The translations under genes were made by a program, and so were the position numbers. Under the pieces are notes generated by a model. That model did not search any database. It saw nothing but the letters and a program-made list of their open reading frames with translations, and was not told where the DNA came from. From NCBI RefSeq assembly GCF_009914755.1, contig NC_060926.1: a DNA stretch of 64,000 nt; one strand, written 5' to 3'. This DNA is from the human T2T-CHM13v2.0 reference genome, Homo sapiens. This document shows positions 44,251 to 61,400 of the stretch, piece by piece (the first letter of the stretch is position 1; each line of letters opens with the position of its first letter).

Positions 44251-46794
44251 TAGAAGTTAGAAATGGAGTTAAACAGGCCAGGATTCTCAGCCCTAGGCTA
44301 GAATTATAGGTACATATAATAATGACTTTTGAAGTATTAGATTGCATATCTTTTTATAAGTGTTTCTTGTCACTGTTTAAAAGTGATCTAAGATATGCCC
44401 ATTGCTTTCAAGATAATCAAAAATCTAAGCATAATTTTCCAGTCTTATCATTCTCTCATAGGCAATGTATGATGCAGTCATTCCACATTGTTTCTTATCT
44501 TATCCACTTTTTCCACTAGACTGTTAACTCCTGGATGGCATGGACTATGGCTGTTCACGTCTGTAGACCTGGATATAGACCAATGTCAAACACAAATAGG
44601 GGACACAAAATAATTCTGGAATTGTTTGAGTTTATAAGGTCATCTCAGTTGGTCAGTATGCCAGTCCAGTCTGAAAGGAGATATATATATATTTTCACGG
44701 ACAAGTGTCAACTTTAATGTTTGGGTAGATATATGGATTTACTCATTCAACATTGATTGTGAAACTCTCATAGAGCGGACCTTGTGCTAAGACCGGAGGA
44801 CACACAGTGAAGCTGATATGTGCCTTCGGGAAGCTCAGATTTTAGTGACTGTTATTTACAAAAACAGGAAAAGATGCAAAAAGGTGAGAAAAACATGCTT
44901 TGGTTCAGTGTAAGAAATACTAAATACAGACATTAGATTAACTGTTTCTTTTATACTTATTATGCAACACAATAATATAGACATTGTTAAACATGGATCA
45001 GATTGACTTTGTTGTGAGACTTATATAATTACCACCCATATCCCGATAACATGTGTTTAGTGTTTTATTCCCCATGTACGCACGGTTGTTTGCTGACAAA
45101 TTAATTCAACTGCTTACTCATGGGGACTCATTCATGATCTATACAAAGAATTTTATTACTTGTTTAAGAAAGGATATTTCAGAGGGGTTAAGTAAATAAG
45201 GAAGATAAATTAAATGTAGTATTCTAGGAAGAAAGATGTAGGAATTAATGCTAATTAAATATAGGTATAAAGAACATAGATTTAGGCAGATTAGAAATGG
45301 GGGGGTAGGATTTATGTGAACATTTATAGTAAACTTTAGTTATATATAAAGGCATCCCACGCACTATTTAAAAAGGAATATTAAATATTTTTCTCTATAT
45401 ATTTATTACTCATTTTCTCCTCTTTCTAGCCAGTATCCCATAAAGTTTACAGTGAAGATGACTCTGACTGAGTTATGAGAAAAGGGGAGGGATGGTTAAA
45501 TGTAATACTAAAATATTAAAGCAGGTATAAGAGACGCAGCTAAATGTCACAATGTCTCCAGCAATAAAATAGTTTACAGCTATTCAGAGCCATACTATGT
45601 TTAATAGTATGATAAATATGAGGCAATGTCCCCTGAGCAAAAAAGATCCTCTAATATTCTGTGATTAGAAATATCTCTTTTGGTCTAGAATGTGGTTTAT
45701 TTTTCAAAGTTATGTAAAATCACACCAGGCCTCAGGGTTAACATCTCACCAAATCACAGTTCTGGATTAATGAGGAGACTGTAGGACAGAAGAGACCCTG
45801 GGCACCAGAGGCAGTCAAGGACAATCCAAGGACAAATGTGCTTCTCTGTTTGGACAAGGATCAGACTCTCCCTGGAGGGAGAGCTGACCTGTCCACAACA
45901 GAGGGGCAGCTACAGGAGCTGTTTGCTGCACTTTTACAGATTAAAATCATTAACCAAACATTCTGTAATGAACCACTCCAAGCTAGCACTGTGCCCTCTG
46001 AGGGCTGCTTTTGATGAAAATGAGTTGCATTTCAAGAAAAATGGTAATGTACAATGCAAACGTTTTTGTCATTGGTGTTGACAGGGTGGCACTAAAATTT
46101 GGGCTTGATCCGGGTCTGGCATCTTTTGAAACAAATACAAAAGAATGAGTGTGCGAACAAAGAAGGCCCCATTTCACTTTGCGCAGTATAATTTACTCTG
46201 TGGGAATCATGAAAGTAAAATTAGAAAGACATGAAGGCTTTGGTTAGCCTACAAGGCCTGCCTATCCTTCTGTTTGATTTGCTTGCTTTTCATTTTCTGA
46301 AATATAACCTGGGGCCTTATAACCAACTTGCTGCTTCAGTTGAAATATGCTCTTATCACTAGAAAATGTATTTTCTATTCCCAAACAGAACTTGCTAGAC
46401 AGTAGTACAATACATTCCAAAGCAACATACATATTTGACATGTTACAAGTTGGAAGAGATAAGGAGTTTACACTTTTTGTGTTAAAATATAATTGAAGGA
46501 AAACATGACCAAAGGCTTGTATATAGCTACAAGGAAGTACATTTTAAAACTCCTGTTCTTCCCACAACATTTATCTGAGAGAAAAGAACTCATAAATTAC
46601 TTCATTTTATGAAAGAGCTGGGTTGATTTATGAAATTGATGCATTTCAGCACAAAGTACAAAACAGATTCCAGGAATATGTATTTAATGGATGTAGATTT
46701 CCTTACCCAGGAGGTGGATTCAACAAATATCATCAAGTATCATGGGGCTAGATTTTAGTTTTAGGTCTCTATAAAACTCACTGTTAAGTGTGAA

Positions 46795-47355
46795 GGTTTT
46801 GGAGAAACCTGACAGACAATACCTCAGTCAGCTGATCAAGATTAACATCAACAGCTTATAAGTCACGTTGACAGTGTGTGCCCTGGATACAATATGATGA
46901 GCCTGGCACTTTACCTCAGTAACCTTCTTCCCCAAAACCTGTAAGTTTGGTTGGATCATGAGAAAAAGATCAAATGATTCCCAGTGGAGGGATGTTTTAC
47001 AAAATACCTGATCATTACTCCTCAAAACTGTCAAGGTCAAGAAAAACATGGAATGTCTGAAAAATTTTCACAGCCAAGAGGAGTCCCAGAGGACATGAAC
47101 TAAATGTAATATAGTATCCTGGATGGAATAACCTGTACTGAAGATTAGGTAAGAACTAAGGATATTTGAATAAAATCTTGACTTTGGTTAACATTAATGA
47201 ATCAATATAGGTCGGCTAATTGTGGCAAATATATTATTGTAAGACATTAATAACAGGGGAAACTGGGTGTAGGATATATGGGAATTTTCTGTATTGTCTT
47301 CCTAAGTTTTCTGTAAATCTAAATCAATTCTAAATTTTAAAAGGTTATTAAATAT
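46795..47355 (+). mobile_element. L1MD 3' end
   Basis: gagaaacctgacag...tactcctcaaaactgtcaaggtca...cacagccaagaggag...ggggaaactgggtgtaggatatatgggaa. Confidence 0.8.
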
Positions 47356-47559
47356 AAAACTTTTTCATTTTTTCCTGTACTGTGACATTAATACTACTAT
47401 ACTTCTTTTACAAATGAAGAAATTGAGAGTTAATAGAATATCAATGATTTGAGCAGCATAACTCTATATGTAAGTAGAGGAATCCTGTCTTCACATTTCC
47501 TGGGCCAAATATCCTCCTACCAGATTTAATGCCTGAGTTTCTCACAGGGATTTGGAAAT

Positions 47560-47920
47560 GTATTCTGACTGGCAATCCAACGACAGCTTGGCTCTCCATC
47601 CCACTTAGTTTAAGTCTTTCCTCAAACTTCACTTCCCCAGTGAATCTACTCTGACCACTGCATTAATACAGCACAGAGCTCCTGCTGCTTCTTAACCTGA
47701 ACTACTTTATTTTCCCATAACACTTTCACTTCCTAATACGCCATATCATTTACTTATTTATTATCATGCTCGTTGCTTATTATCTGTTTTCTCTCATTAC
47801 AATATAAGCTCCAGGAGGTCAGAGATCTTTGTTTATTGTATTCACTGGCCTATCCTGAGCACATAAAACAATGGCTAGCACACAGAAGAGTAAATAAATA
47901 TCTGTTGAATGACTGAATCA
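47560..47920 (+). mobile_element. L2a 3' end
   Basis: tataagctccaggaggtcagagatctttg...aataaatatctgttgaatgactgaat. Confidence 0.75.
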
Positions 47921-48030
47921 ACCAACCTCTGCCCAGTCATAATTTCTGGAGAAATATTTTCTGTTCTTCTTCTAGTAAGAACTTTACATAATCTCAATTC
48001 TTTTGATTCATTCTACAGAAATAGTACATT

Positions 48031-48967
48031 GATCCAACAGCTTTCGTAAAATTTTCCTGATTAAGCAAAGTGTGGTGCCAGAGTTCCTCCTTCCCACCCA
48101 ATTCAAAACTTCCCTTCTTTCTTCTGCAGAAATAATGAACAAGATAGCTAGTACATGAGGTAAATATTGTTTAATCCCTTTAGAAATATAGATTTTACAA
48201 CATATTTGACTTTCCTCATGTATGGTGTTCTGATATGTATGCATCAAGACAAAAGGAACACAGGTAGGGATCACATGTTACTGGGAAATGTTCTTTAATT
48301 TCCAAAGCCTCTGAATTTTAACTTACCTGTTTTAGATTAGGGCATGTGCCCCTGACCATCTTTCTTATATCTTAGTTTTTCATTGTATTTAATGCTTCAC
48401 TCCTCAGAGTCTTTCTCCTGTACTTGTATTGCTAAAACTAACTGCAGAGTCAGCAATCACTGGTGCTCAATTAGCTCAGCTTACGATTATTATTCTGCAA
48501 TTAATTTCTGTAATATCAAATGTCCCTAATTTTTCAAAAAGCCTATGAAATTAGGAAAACAGCTCTAATTTGCTCTATGTATTTTTAAAATATTTGTGTA
48601 CAGGAACTGATATTATCACAGGATTACTGAGTAACCCAAAAGGGGATCCCATTTCTCTTCCTTCACTCATACTGGTTTGTCTTTCTTCTGCTCTTGAAAT
48701 TAAAGAACATTTCCCAGTAACATGTGATCCCTACCTGTGTTCCTTTTGTCTTGATGCATACATATCAGAAAACCATACATGAGGAAAGTCAAACATGTTG
48801 TAAAAACTATATTTCTAAAGGGATTAAACAATATTTACCTCATGTACTAGCTATCTTGTTCATTATCTCTGCAGAAGAAAGAAGGGAAGTTTTGAATTGG
48901 GAGGGAAGGAGGAACACTGGCACCACACTTTGCTTAATCAGGGAAATTTTATGAAAGCTGTTGGATC
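48031..48967. repeat. Long inverted repeat: 272-bp arms (48031-48302 and 48696-48967) around a 393-bp spacer
   Basis: Manual alignment gives 264/272 identity with no indels; mirrored ORFs 48008-48274(-) and 48724-48954(+) confirm it. Confidence 0.97.
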
Positions 48968-49119
48968 TATATGCTACAACAAAAATATTTCAGGAACTAA
49001 TGAGGCTCTTTTGAGCACAGGATATTAGGTTATAAGATGCCCCACCCCAAGTCTGACCATTTGCTATCAGAACAAAATCTGATTATCTGTAAGATATTTT
49101 GCAATTTTAATATTTATTT

Positions 49120-49990
49120 TTCACACATTCAACAAATGCTTATTGAGAAATTACTATACAGAAAACTGTGAAAAGCACTGATATGCAGCTAAAAAACAAG
49201 AACATTATTCTCAGGTAGCACACATTTCCACATCGCTGCAGATAAAGCAAGGTAGAAAGTAATGTATCACAAGAAGGACACAAAAAACACAATATAGGAT
49301 ATCTCAGGAGGGAGGGAAAGAAGCAAGGATCATATATACTGGAAGATTTTGAATAAGACTCTGAAAGATAGATAGCATCAAATCACGCATATTGTGGCAT
49401 GGAAAGGCAGGGGAGAAGAACTTTCATGAGAAAGTAGTGGTTAGAGCTATGAATGTTTAGGTGTAAGGGAAAATCATAAGAGTATAGACCACATATGTAG
49501 CATATGTTACCAAGAGGAGAAGCATATATAAACGAAGAGGCAAATGGGTAGTTAGAGCTCCGTGAAAAATATCAACATTTTAGGGAACGATGATGAAACA
49601 GCCATAAGTAATCAGGTCAAAAGATAGAAAGGAAACCAGAAAAAATGAGTTTCCTATCAATCCAAGGAAGAAAGAGTCTAAAGAATGACATCAGTAATGT
49701 TAAATCCTAGAGGGGGTCTATCTAGTGAGCAGTGAAGTGAGGCATTGGATTAATAATTTTTAGATCCCTGATGATCTTATCAAGGTCAATTTTCAAATTA
49801 ATAAAAAACCTGAATTGAAATTATTTGAAGAGTAAAAGGTGCTGAATAAGTGGAAAAGAATTAGAGGCTTCGCTTCAGTAATGTGTCAGCGAAGGAAAGG
49901 AATAATGGTGGTTTGAGTGCAAGGTAAGGCTGAAGTAAGCTTTTCAAAAGATGAAGGCAGCTTCAACAATTTTACAGAGAGAAGGAAGGG
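49120..49990 (-). mobile_element. L2 fragments
   Basis: cattcaacaaatgcttattgag... antisense L2 3' end followed by purine-rich L2-like sequence. Confidence 0.5.
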
Positions 49991-51449
49991 GTTCACAGAA
50001 AGGGAAAGTACGAAGACAAAATATGAAAGGGAACTTGTGAATCATGGACCTCAGGAAATTAAGAGGGATGAGCTGGAGTGCCTACGTGGAGTTCGCACTT
50101 CGGAAAGAAGACGCATGGATTCCTCTGAAGTAAGAATGTACTCCACGTACATTTAGAGGAGGGCAGGGGATGAGCAAATTGCAAGGTCTCATGCAGATTA
50201 CTTCCATTTTCTTTTGTGTGAAGATAACAATAAAGGCCCTTCCCCAAGTTTTTGAGAATGAGAGGTTTAAAGGAACTAAGAAAGCCATAAAAATATAATG
50301 AAGTTTTACAGCAGCCCCTGTGGAAAAGATGAAGAAGGCAGGCTAAAGTAGTTCTGAATTTCTGTAATCACCGAGTACTAATAGAAGTGGCAGACTTAGA
50401 ACTGTTCTTTTGGAAGAGTGTCTCTCAGGATGATGGGCCCTGCATTACATAGAGTAAAGCTGAAGGGTAGTGGACAAGTTAGAAACTACTTAAATGGTTC
50501 ACACAAAATGCAATAGTATTTTATTTGGGAGTATTAGTAATATTAAAAAGGAACAAAAGTGAAACATAGAGCACTGAGAGAGTATTCTCTTATGCAAAGT
50601 TTGACACCTAAAATTTCTTTCATTTTTATTATCAATTTGAGAAATTGACAGAATCAGTTTTGTATTACTCCATAACACAAATACAAATAAGTATGAGAAG
50701 TTAAATAACTTTCTAAGAAAATACAGAATTGATTTAAACCAGAGCTGGGACAAGTTGCTTTCACTTTTTGTCTGTAAATTTTAGTATTAAACCACATTAC
50801 AGTCAATATCTATACTATAAAATCAGTTACACAAGACTAAAATAGGAGGTTTTTGATCTTTATAACACTCATTTAATAGCATCTAGTTGCAAATAGCTCA
50901 AAGTTAACTTTAACCTGATCCAATTTTATATATTGTGCCAACCGTCTGAATTTTAACATATAAATTTGGGCAATTTTTCTTATTTTTTTTCTTAACACTT
51001 GTCACTATTTCCAAATATTATTTAGTAAGCATTGCTTTCTTAATCAAAGAGAATAAAAGCCTCATTGGTTAAATCCTACTTTCCCCTTTAATTTCCGAGT
51101 TGAAAGTCATTGACTTATAAGCACTTTTGAATCGGATAATAAATTGTGTCCTCAGCTTACACTACTGTTATCAGTTTCTGCTTGAAAAACATATTATTAG
51201 TAAGTGTACTTTGGTTACAGTTAGAAGCATCTGTAGGTATTGATTGCATTTTTCCTTGTCAAACACTTGCAGTCAGTAGAAATCTTATAACTGATCCTAA
51301 ATACTTTGATTCAATGATCTGTCTTTCAGGGTATCTCTAACGTTAGAAAAACTGCCAAATGAACCTTTGCATTAGAATTCACTGATTAGGAAAAGCAGTG
51401 GTAAATCTGCTAAAATTTGGAAGGGAATTTACTATAACTCGTTACTGCA

Positions 51450-51700
51450 TTGCACATTGCTTAAGAGCATGTTCTCCAGGGGCATGCTGGCAATTTGAAT
51501 TTAACTCCATCTCCCATTAGTGCTTAGGTTTTGGAAAAATTATTTAACATCTTTAGCTCCAATGTCCTTTTCTGTAAAAGAGGAGAAATAATAATAATTC
51601 CAATCCTACATGCTTATTGCATGAAATGAGATAATGATCTAGAATTCTTATTAGAGTTTTCTGTATTTAATAAGTATTCAATAAAATGCACCTATTATTT
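51450..51700 (+). mobile_element. MIR
   Basis: ttaagagcatg...aaattatttaacatct...ttctgtaaaagaggagaaataata...aaatgagataatg...aagtattcaataaa. Confidence 0.7.
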
Positions 51701-51959
51701 TCGACTAACATTTATGGAGTTTGTCACTAGTTTTATTAATAAATAAGGAAAAAACTAATCATTCAAGAACTCACATTACCATTGCCATAATAAAGTTGGT
51801 GCAGCTTTTTTTAGGAGTTGTGCTAAAGAGCAACCTTTGAATCACTAGTATTTTGCAGAAAAGACATATTATTGAACATTTCAGCTTGCACCTGTTTAAA
51901 ATAATCTGAACTATAAGTAAAAAAAGAAATCTAGCCAGCTGAACTTCCACATAACTTTT

Positions 51960-52615
51960 TACGAAAAATCATGTCTGTATTCAATAATTCTGTCCATTTT
52001 AAAATATTGTTATCTTTTTAAAATTGATTTTATGCGTTCTCTCTATATATTCAATATGAGCACTTTTTCAAAAACTTTTATAGCAAATATCTCTTCCATT
52101 CTATATATTTTTTCTATCTTAATGCTGTCTTTTGATGAAGGAAAGCTCATAATTTTATTGAGTACAATTCTTCAATTTCTCCCTTTATTGCTATTGCTGT
52201 CCCTTGTTTACAAAAATCTTTACCTACCATAAAGACATGAAGAATTATACTTGTTACCTTATAGAAGCTGTGTTTATCTTTTTAATTTTTCACCCTTTTT
52301 CTACCATCCAACTAAACTGATTTTTGTGTGAAGTGAAAGATAGGGTTGAAAGTTTATTTTTTGTTATACTGATACTGAGTAAACTCCTCACTATTTACTG
52401 AGAAGACATTATTTCCTCAATGTTTTATGATGGAACTTTGGTTGTAAATTGTAAATCACGTGATTGTGTAAATATGGGCCTATTTTTGAAGTCTCTATTT
52501 AGTTATTCTATTTGTCTTTCTTTGTGCTAATAAAATTCTATACTGTCTTAATACAGATGTATAATAAATTCTGATTTCTGATAGTTTCTGTCATTTAGCC
52601 TTGTTCTTCAAAACA
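51960..52615 (-). mobile_element. Old L1ME ORF2 fragment
   Basis: tagcaaatatctcttcc, gtctttttgatgaag, aactgatttttgtgtg...ttgttcttc antisense L1 motifs. Confidence 0.65.
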
Positions 52616-52701
52616 ATGCCTCCAATCTAGAAGCCTAGTAGTTATCTGTGACTCTTATTTCTCTCATTTTCTATATTCAACCACTAAAATCTATAGATTT
52701 T

Positions 52702-52761
52702 AGGATAAAGTTATCAATAATAAACTTTAAAATGACATTCTAATTATTCTGTTGTAGCTAG
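52702..52761 (+). repeat. 60-bp duplicate of the site interrupted by the Alu at 53348-53633
   Basis: Equals 53321-53334 joined to 53634-53679 at 57/60 identity. Confidence 0.9.
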
Positions 52762-53347
52762 TGTCTTGATTTACACCTAACTCAAAATTATCCCTTCCAC
52801 CTTTTCCCCACACTCCTGCTTGATTTACTTTAGATTCTCATCATCTCTTGCCAGGACGCTTACAAGATGCTTCAAATTAATGTCCTATTTTCTCCTTCCT
52901 CATGAAAATCTTGTCATGACCTTCTCCTGTTGGTAGAAAAGATATTAAAATTTGGCTTTTGAGTGTATAAATCTGAATGCATATTCCTAGATAATAACTT
53001 GTTTCCTCACTTAGGAACCATTTCCTGCAAGTCTTTGTTGAAGGGCTACTGACCCATGCTATATCCACATAAAAAAGTTGTCACTATTTTGATTTTCTCT
53101 GCTTTACACAGCAAATTGTTGAAACTAAGCACTGACAAGCAAAAGATCCAGTGCTTTTGATTAAATTGGACTTTTGGCCACAATCAAGTTTGAATAATGT
53201 AGTTAATATGTTCAGGCTAGATTTCTTTTCAAAGTTGAAGTTTGCATTCTTTTTCTCACTTTTGTTATTTTTTGTTTTGTGATATAATTGGTCTTCATAA
53301 CCTCTGGAGTGCCCAGAGAGAGGATAAAGTTATCAATAAGAAGCTTT

Positions 53348-53658
<311 letters not shown>

Positions 53659-55229
53659 TAATTATTCTATTGTCGTTAGCAATAAATTCCTGAGCCAGTA
53701 AATTGAGCTATGTAAAGATTTTCAGTCATTACATCAATTAACCTGCTTGAAAGCCTTTCACTAAACTTATCCTAGAGTATAGATGCTTGATATTCTAGTT
53801 CCAGAAATATAAGTGACCTAAGAATGCTAAACTGATAAATATAGCTTAATCTCTTTCCTGCATTGACAATAATATTATTAATGTCCTTGGTATTTATGTG
53901 GAGGAAGGATATTGAAAAGAGGTAATTTTTTTTTTTTAAGGGAGCGTTTCTCCTCAGTGAGCACATTCCTAATTCATGGATTCTAAAGTGTCACTCAAGG
54001 CAATCTGACCTGAAGGAGATCTGAAAGATGTTCATTAGCAGTGTTTACTAGCAGCTAAATGAAAAATACTTTATGGTCATTAGCACAAAGCATTAATGTG
54101 ACCTAAATAAAGTAATCTTGATGGTCTTTGCTGTATTTGTGGAAATATTTATGACTTTTCCCTTTATGACCTTTGCTAGAATAAATGAGTAACAAAACTG
54201 ACATTGATTAAAATCTTTTTTCCAATTGGCAGAGTTTCCAAATTTATTTGATGGAAAGAAAACCAGTATATTTATGGGAACATCAATTTTCATTGCTTCA
54301 CTCCCTCTTAATTGAGGAAAATTCCTGAGATGACACAGTGAACCCTCTTTGTATTCCAGCTGCAGGTATTTGTGTTAAATTAGTCTTACCTTACTCTTCC
54401 TCAAAGAAGAATAAATGAGCCAGATCATAGCTAAAGGCACTCAAGAAAACCAGTGTTGCAAATTAAAAAAAAAAATCTCATTCACTATTTCTTTGATCAT
54501 AGTCTTTAAGTGGAAAGCAGAAGTCTCTTCTGCTCCTGTCAAATCAGTTGGAACTGGTTTGAAAGCCCCAAATTGAAGTTAATATACCCAAAACATCAAA
54601 GGCTAAATGAACTGTCTGAAAGTCTAACAGAATGTGATGATCAGCAGTGTCATTTTTCAGGTCAGTCAGTCAAGTTACCTCTGCATGATACGCTGCAATG
54701 GCTGGAGTGCTTTATACTATCCTCCCACTCTTACCTGGTGACTATAAAATGTGTTATGGCACCTTTGGTAATGGTGGAACTTACAGAAGAAGTACACCCT
54801 TTATTTGCATGAATACATATGCTTATAAATATATCCTATAATGTTTATAAATAGGTAGAAACCCTAATTGTTTTCCTCTGTTAAAGCTTTTATTGGAGCT
54901 ACATTCTCTCAGTGTGGTAGTCCTAAGTGGTTTATTGTATTGTTATTTTGCTTTATCCAGAAGTACTTCATGTTGCTTTGTAGAGTCATTCAGAGATCTG
55001 GTCTATCCAGTAAGTGTGCATGAGTTCAAATCTTGTATATCCGCTAACTCTCTGGATTTAGAAATGTTCATTTGTAAGATTAGGTCATCTGTTGTTATAA
55101 GTATCTTCCAAACAGAAATTTGGGACTTTTCCTGTAAGAACTCACTTTAAAAATAACAATAAATACATAAAGAATGTGATAAACGTCCTGTGGTCATAAT
55201 TACTCATGCTCCGTAAGAGTCTCCTTAGT

Positions 55230-56750
<1,521 letters not shown>

Positions 56751-56899
56751 ATCATCTTCCCAAACTATATCTACTCTACTTCCACAACTTTGGTTATATT
56801 ATACCTCATTTCATTATTTTTTATTCACTCATCTTTCAGTTCATTGAATTATGCCATAATAATTCTAGAGCACAGAGATTTCTGAACTACTCCAGCATT

Positions 56900-57050
56900 A
56901 TTTGTTGTTTATTGTTATTGTTGTTTTTGCTCTAAAGAGAGGAAGTCTTGCTATGTTACTCAGATCGAATTTGAACTCATGTTCAAGAGATCTTCCCATC
57001 TCATGTCCAGAGTAGTTGGGACTACAGGCATGCATCACTGCACTCAGCTC
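56900..57050 (-). mobile_element. FLAM/FAM Alu monomer
   Basis: gtcttgctatgttactcag...gagtagttgggactacaggcatgcatcactgcactcagc with a (TTG)-like tail. Confidence 0.7.
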
Positions 57051-57458
57051 CATTACTTGTTTATACCACTTATTCAGCAGCATAAATAATATAATGTGTA
57101 ATATTGTACATTGGCTTCTCCCCTATATGTCTTATATTTAATTTTTATAACACGTGCTGTACTTTGATTGCAAACTATGATAAAAGGTAATTGTTAAGCG
57201 TAGTATGTAGTAAAAACACTGCTGCATTATGAATCAGATAATTGAATTCTGAAACCTCTAGTGTTATTGAAAAGCCCCATAACTGGGCCTCAGTTTCTTG
57301 ATCTATAAAATGTTGAAGTTGGAATATGTGCACTTTAAATATCTCTTCAAGTTTTAAGTGCTACAACTAGTGCAATAGCCTGTAAGCTCCGTTAAGCAGG
57401 AGGCATGTGTCCTGTTCACTATCGGCTTCCTGGGTACTTACTATAGTGAATAGCACAT

Positions 57459-58600
57459 ATTCATTCATTCACTCAAGAAATTTTCATTGTGTGTAAGCCA
57501 CACCTCGAGGGACTTGGGCTAAAGAAATAAACAAATTCCTTCCCTCGTGGATTTTCTAGTGAGGGGAAATATGTAAACTGTATAATAGGTTAGAAGTTTA
57601 TTAGTGTTACAGACAAAAATCAAGCAGGGAAGGGGAGCAAGAATACCAGGGTTTGTTTTGCAAGCTTCAGTATGGTGGTCAGTACAGGCCTCTCTGTGGA
57701 GGTTACATGTGAGCAAAGATTGGAAAGATAGGAGGGATGAGCCACCAGACATATGGAGAAAGAATATTCCTGGAATCAGGAAGAACCAATACAATTCCTG
57801 ATGTTGTAATTAACCAAGAAGGAGCCAGAATGGCTGGAGCTGAAGAATATGTCAGAGAAGTAGCAGGGAGCTAGTGTGATGGGCCTCACAGCCATTGTGA
57901 AGAGGCTGGCCTTCACTTTATGTAAGATGGGGAGCCCTTGGACATATGAACTAAGAGATGGCATGATCTATACTTAGGGGGATAACACTGGCTGCTAGGT
58001 TGAAATTAGACTGTAAGGGGAACAAGGATAGGAGTTAGAGATGATGATGGCTTCGACAAGCAGCAGAGGCGGTGGGAAGTGGTAGTATTCTGGAAATATT
58101 TCAGGATAACAGGATTTTTTGAGTGAAAGAGAGAAATCAAGGGTAACTCCAAGTTTTTTTTATATATACTTTAAGTTTTAGGGTACATGTGCACAACGTG
58201 CAGGTTTGTTACATATGTATACATGTGCCATGTTGGTGTGCTGCACCCATGAACTCAGCATTTAACATTAGGTATATCTCCTAATGCTATCCCTCCCCCC
58301 TCCCCCCACCCCGCAACAGGCCCCAGTGTGTGATGTTCCCCTTCCTGTGTCCATGTGAAGCTGGAAACCATCATTCTCAGCAAACTATCACAAGGACAAA
58401 AAACCAAACACCACATGTTCTCACTCACAGATAGGAATTGAACAATGAGAACACATGGGTAACTCCAAGATTTTAAGACTAACTGAAAGGATAGAATTAC
58501 TACTATTTACAATGTGGTAGAGCAAGTTTTTAGGGGAAGACCAGGAATTTAGTTAGAATATATTCAGTTTGACATGTCTATTAGGCATCAATAATTGTTC
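57459..58600 (-). mobile_element. L2a fragment interrupted by L1PA
   Basis: tcattcattcactcaagaaatt...ggcctctctgtggaggttacatgtgagcaaag...actggctgct...ttcagtttgacatgtctatt. Confidence 0.7.
58154..58456 (-). mobile_element. Short L1PA (about PA3-PA5) 3' end with 5' inversion (twin priming)
   Basis: Antisense L1 3'UTR 58154-58357, then a sense segment gaagctggaaaccatc...gagaacacat; perfect 13-bp TSD gggtaactccaag at 58141-58153 and 58457-58469. Confidence 0.93.
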
Positions 58601-59663
58601 AGTAAATGTATGTAGACTGATTATATCTAATGTACATTATATACTTTTTGCACATATCATATATAATAATAAAACTAAGAACTGGTCCTCACTCTAGAAA
58701 ATTTCTCCTCCCAGTGTACCAATATTGGAACTTCCAGAGTACAATGGGTTGAAAAAAGAATTTCAGAATCTAGAGGAGTAGAGTATTTGATATGTAGTGA
58801 TTGTCTATTATCATCACCCCAATACGCAAAGTTAAGGCAAATTTCCATTATATTTTCACAGTATAGATTGGCATCCACTTGAGACCAATAGTAATTAGAA
58901 TGTACAATCTGCATATATTTCTTTCTTTAGAATTACAGTGGGTAAAATAACTGCTGTTTGTGAAAGATTTTGAGAACTTTTCAAATGTTTGAAAACATCT
59001 TACAATTTCAAAAAGGACAAAAGCTGTTATAAATAGTAAAAAATAATTATTATTGTTTTTCATTATTGAATTAAACATAATAATTTTTAGTAAAGAGATG
59101 TTTTCCTAGACCTAGGTCTTCAGTCATTAGATGGTCATGTTCATACACGATCTCAAATCATCTCAGTATTGGTAATGACAGTTGATATGTTTGTATGTAA
59201 GTTAGCACAAATATATATATAAATAAACACAATGTAGAATTATACACATGTGCATGTATGTATGTATGTATATGGAATCAGTGCATTACAGAAGCTTTTT
59301 AAAGTAGGTTTTAGGTTTTATTTATTTTGTGTATGTCTGTGCTAAATATTTCCTTGAAAGAAAACATTATAGAAGTTCAGGCTGTTTTCATCCAGAAAGT
59401 GTGTGGGGGAAGAGGGTATTATAAAAATTATAAATAAAATCAAACTTTTATAGTGTATCTCAATAGAAATTGCCCAAAATACATTATCGCAAAGTTACCA
59501 AGAAAAAACATTGTATTGTCACTCAACCTTAGTAAGTTTTGACAGTTAATATTTTTGTTTCTTCAACTTTTTCTTGGGATACTTTACTGTGCTTTCTTTA
59601 TTCAAATGAAATGATCATATCATGTCTATTTAATATATTTTTCACATCCTCTGATAATAGTAA

Positions 59664-61400
<1,737 letters not shown>

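Noticed and set aside
45890-45912. CTCF-like motif ccacaacagaggggcagc in unique sequence
   Set aside because: Spacing does not fit the core consensus without a gap; cannot be supported without a PWM scan or ChIP data.
48008-48954. Two near-identical ORFs (MIPTCVPFVLMHTYQ...) on opposite strands
   Set aside because: A by-product of the inverted repeat; GTG starts, different stops, no domain similarity.
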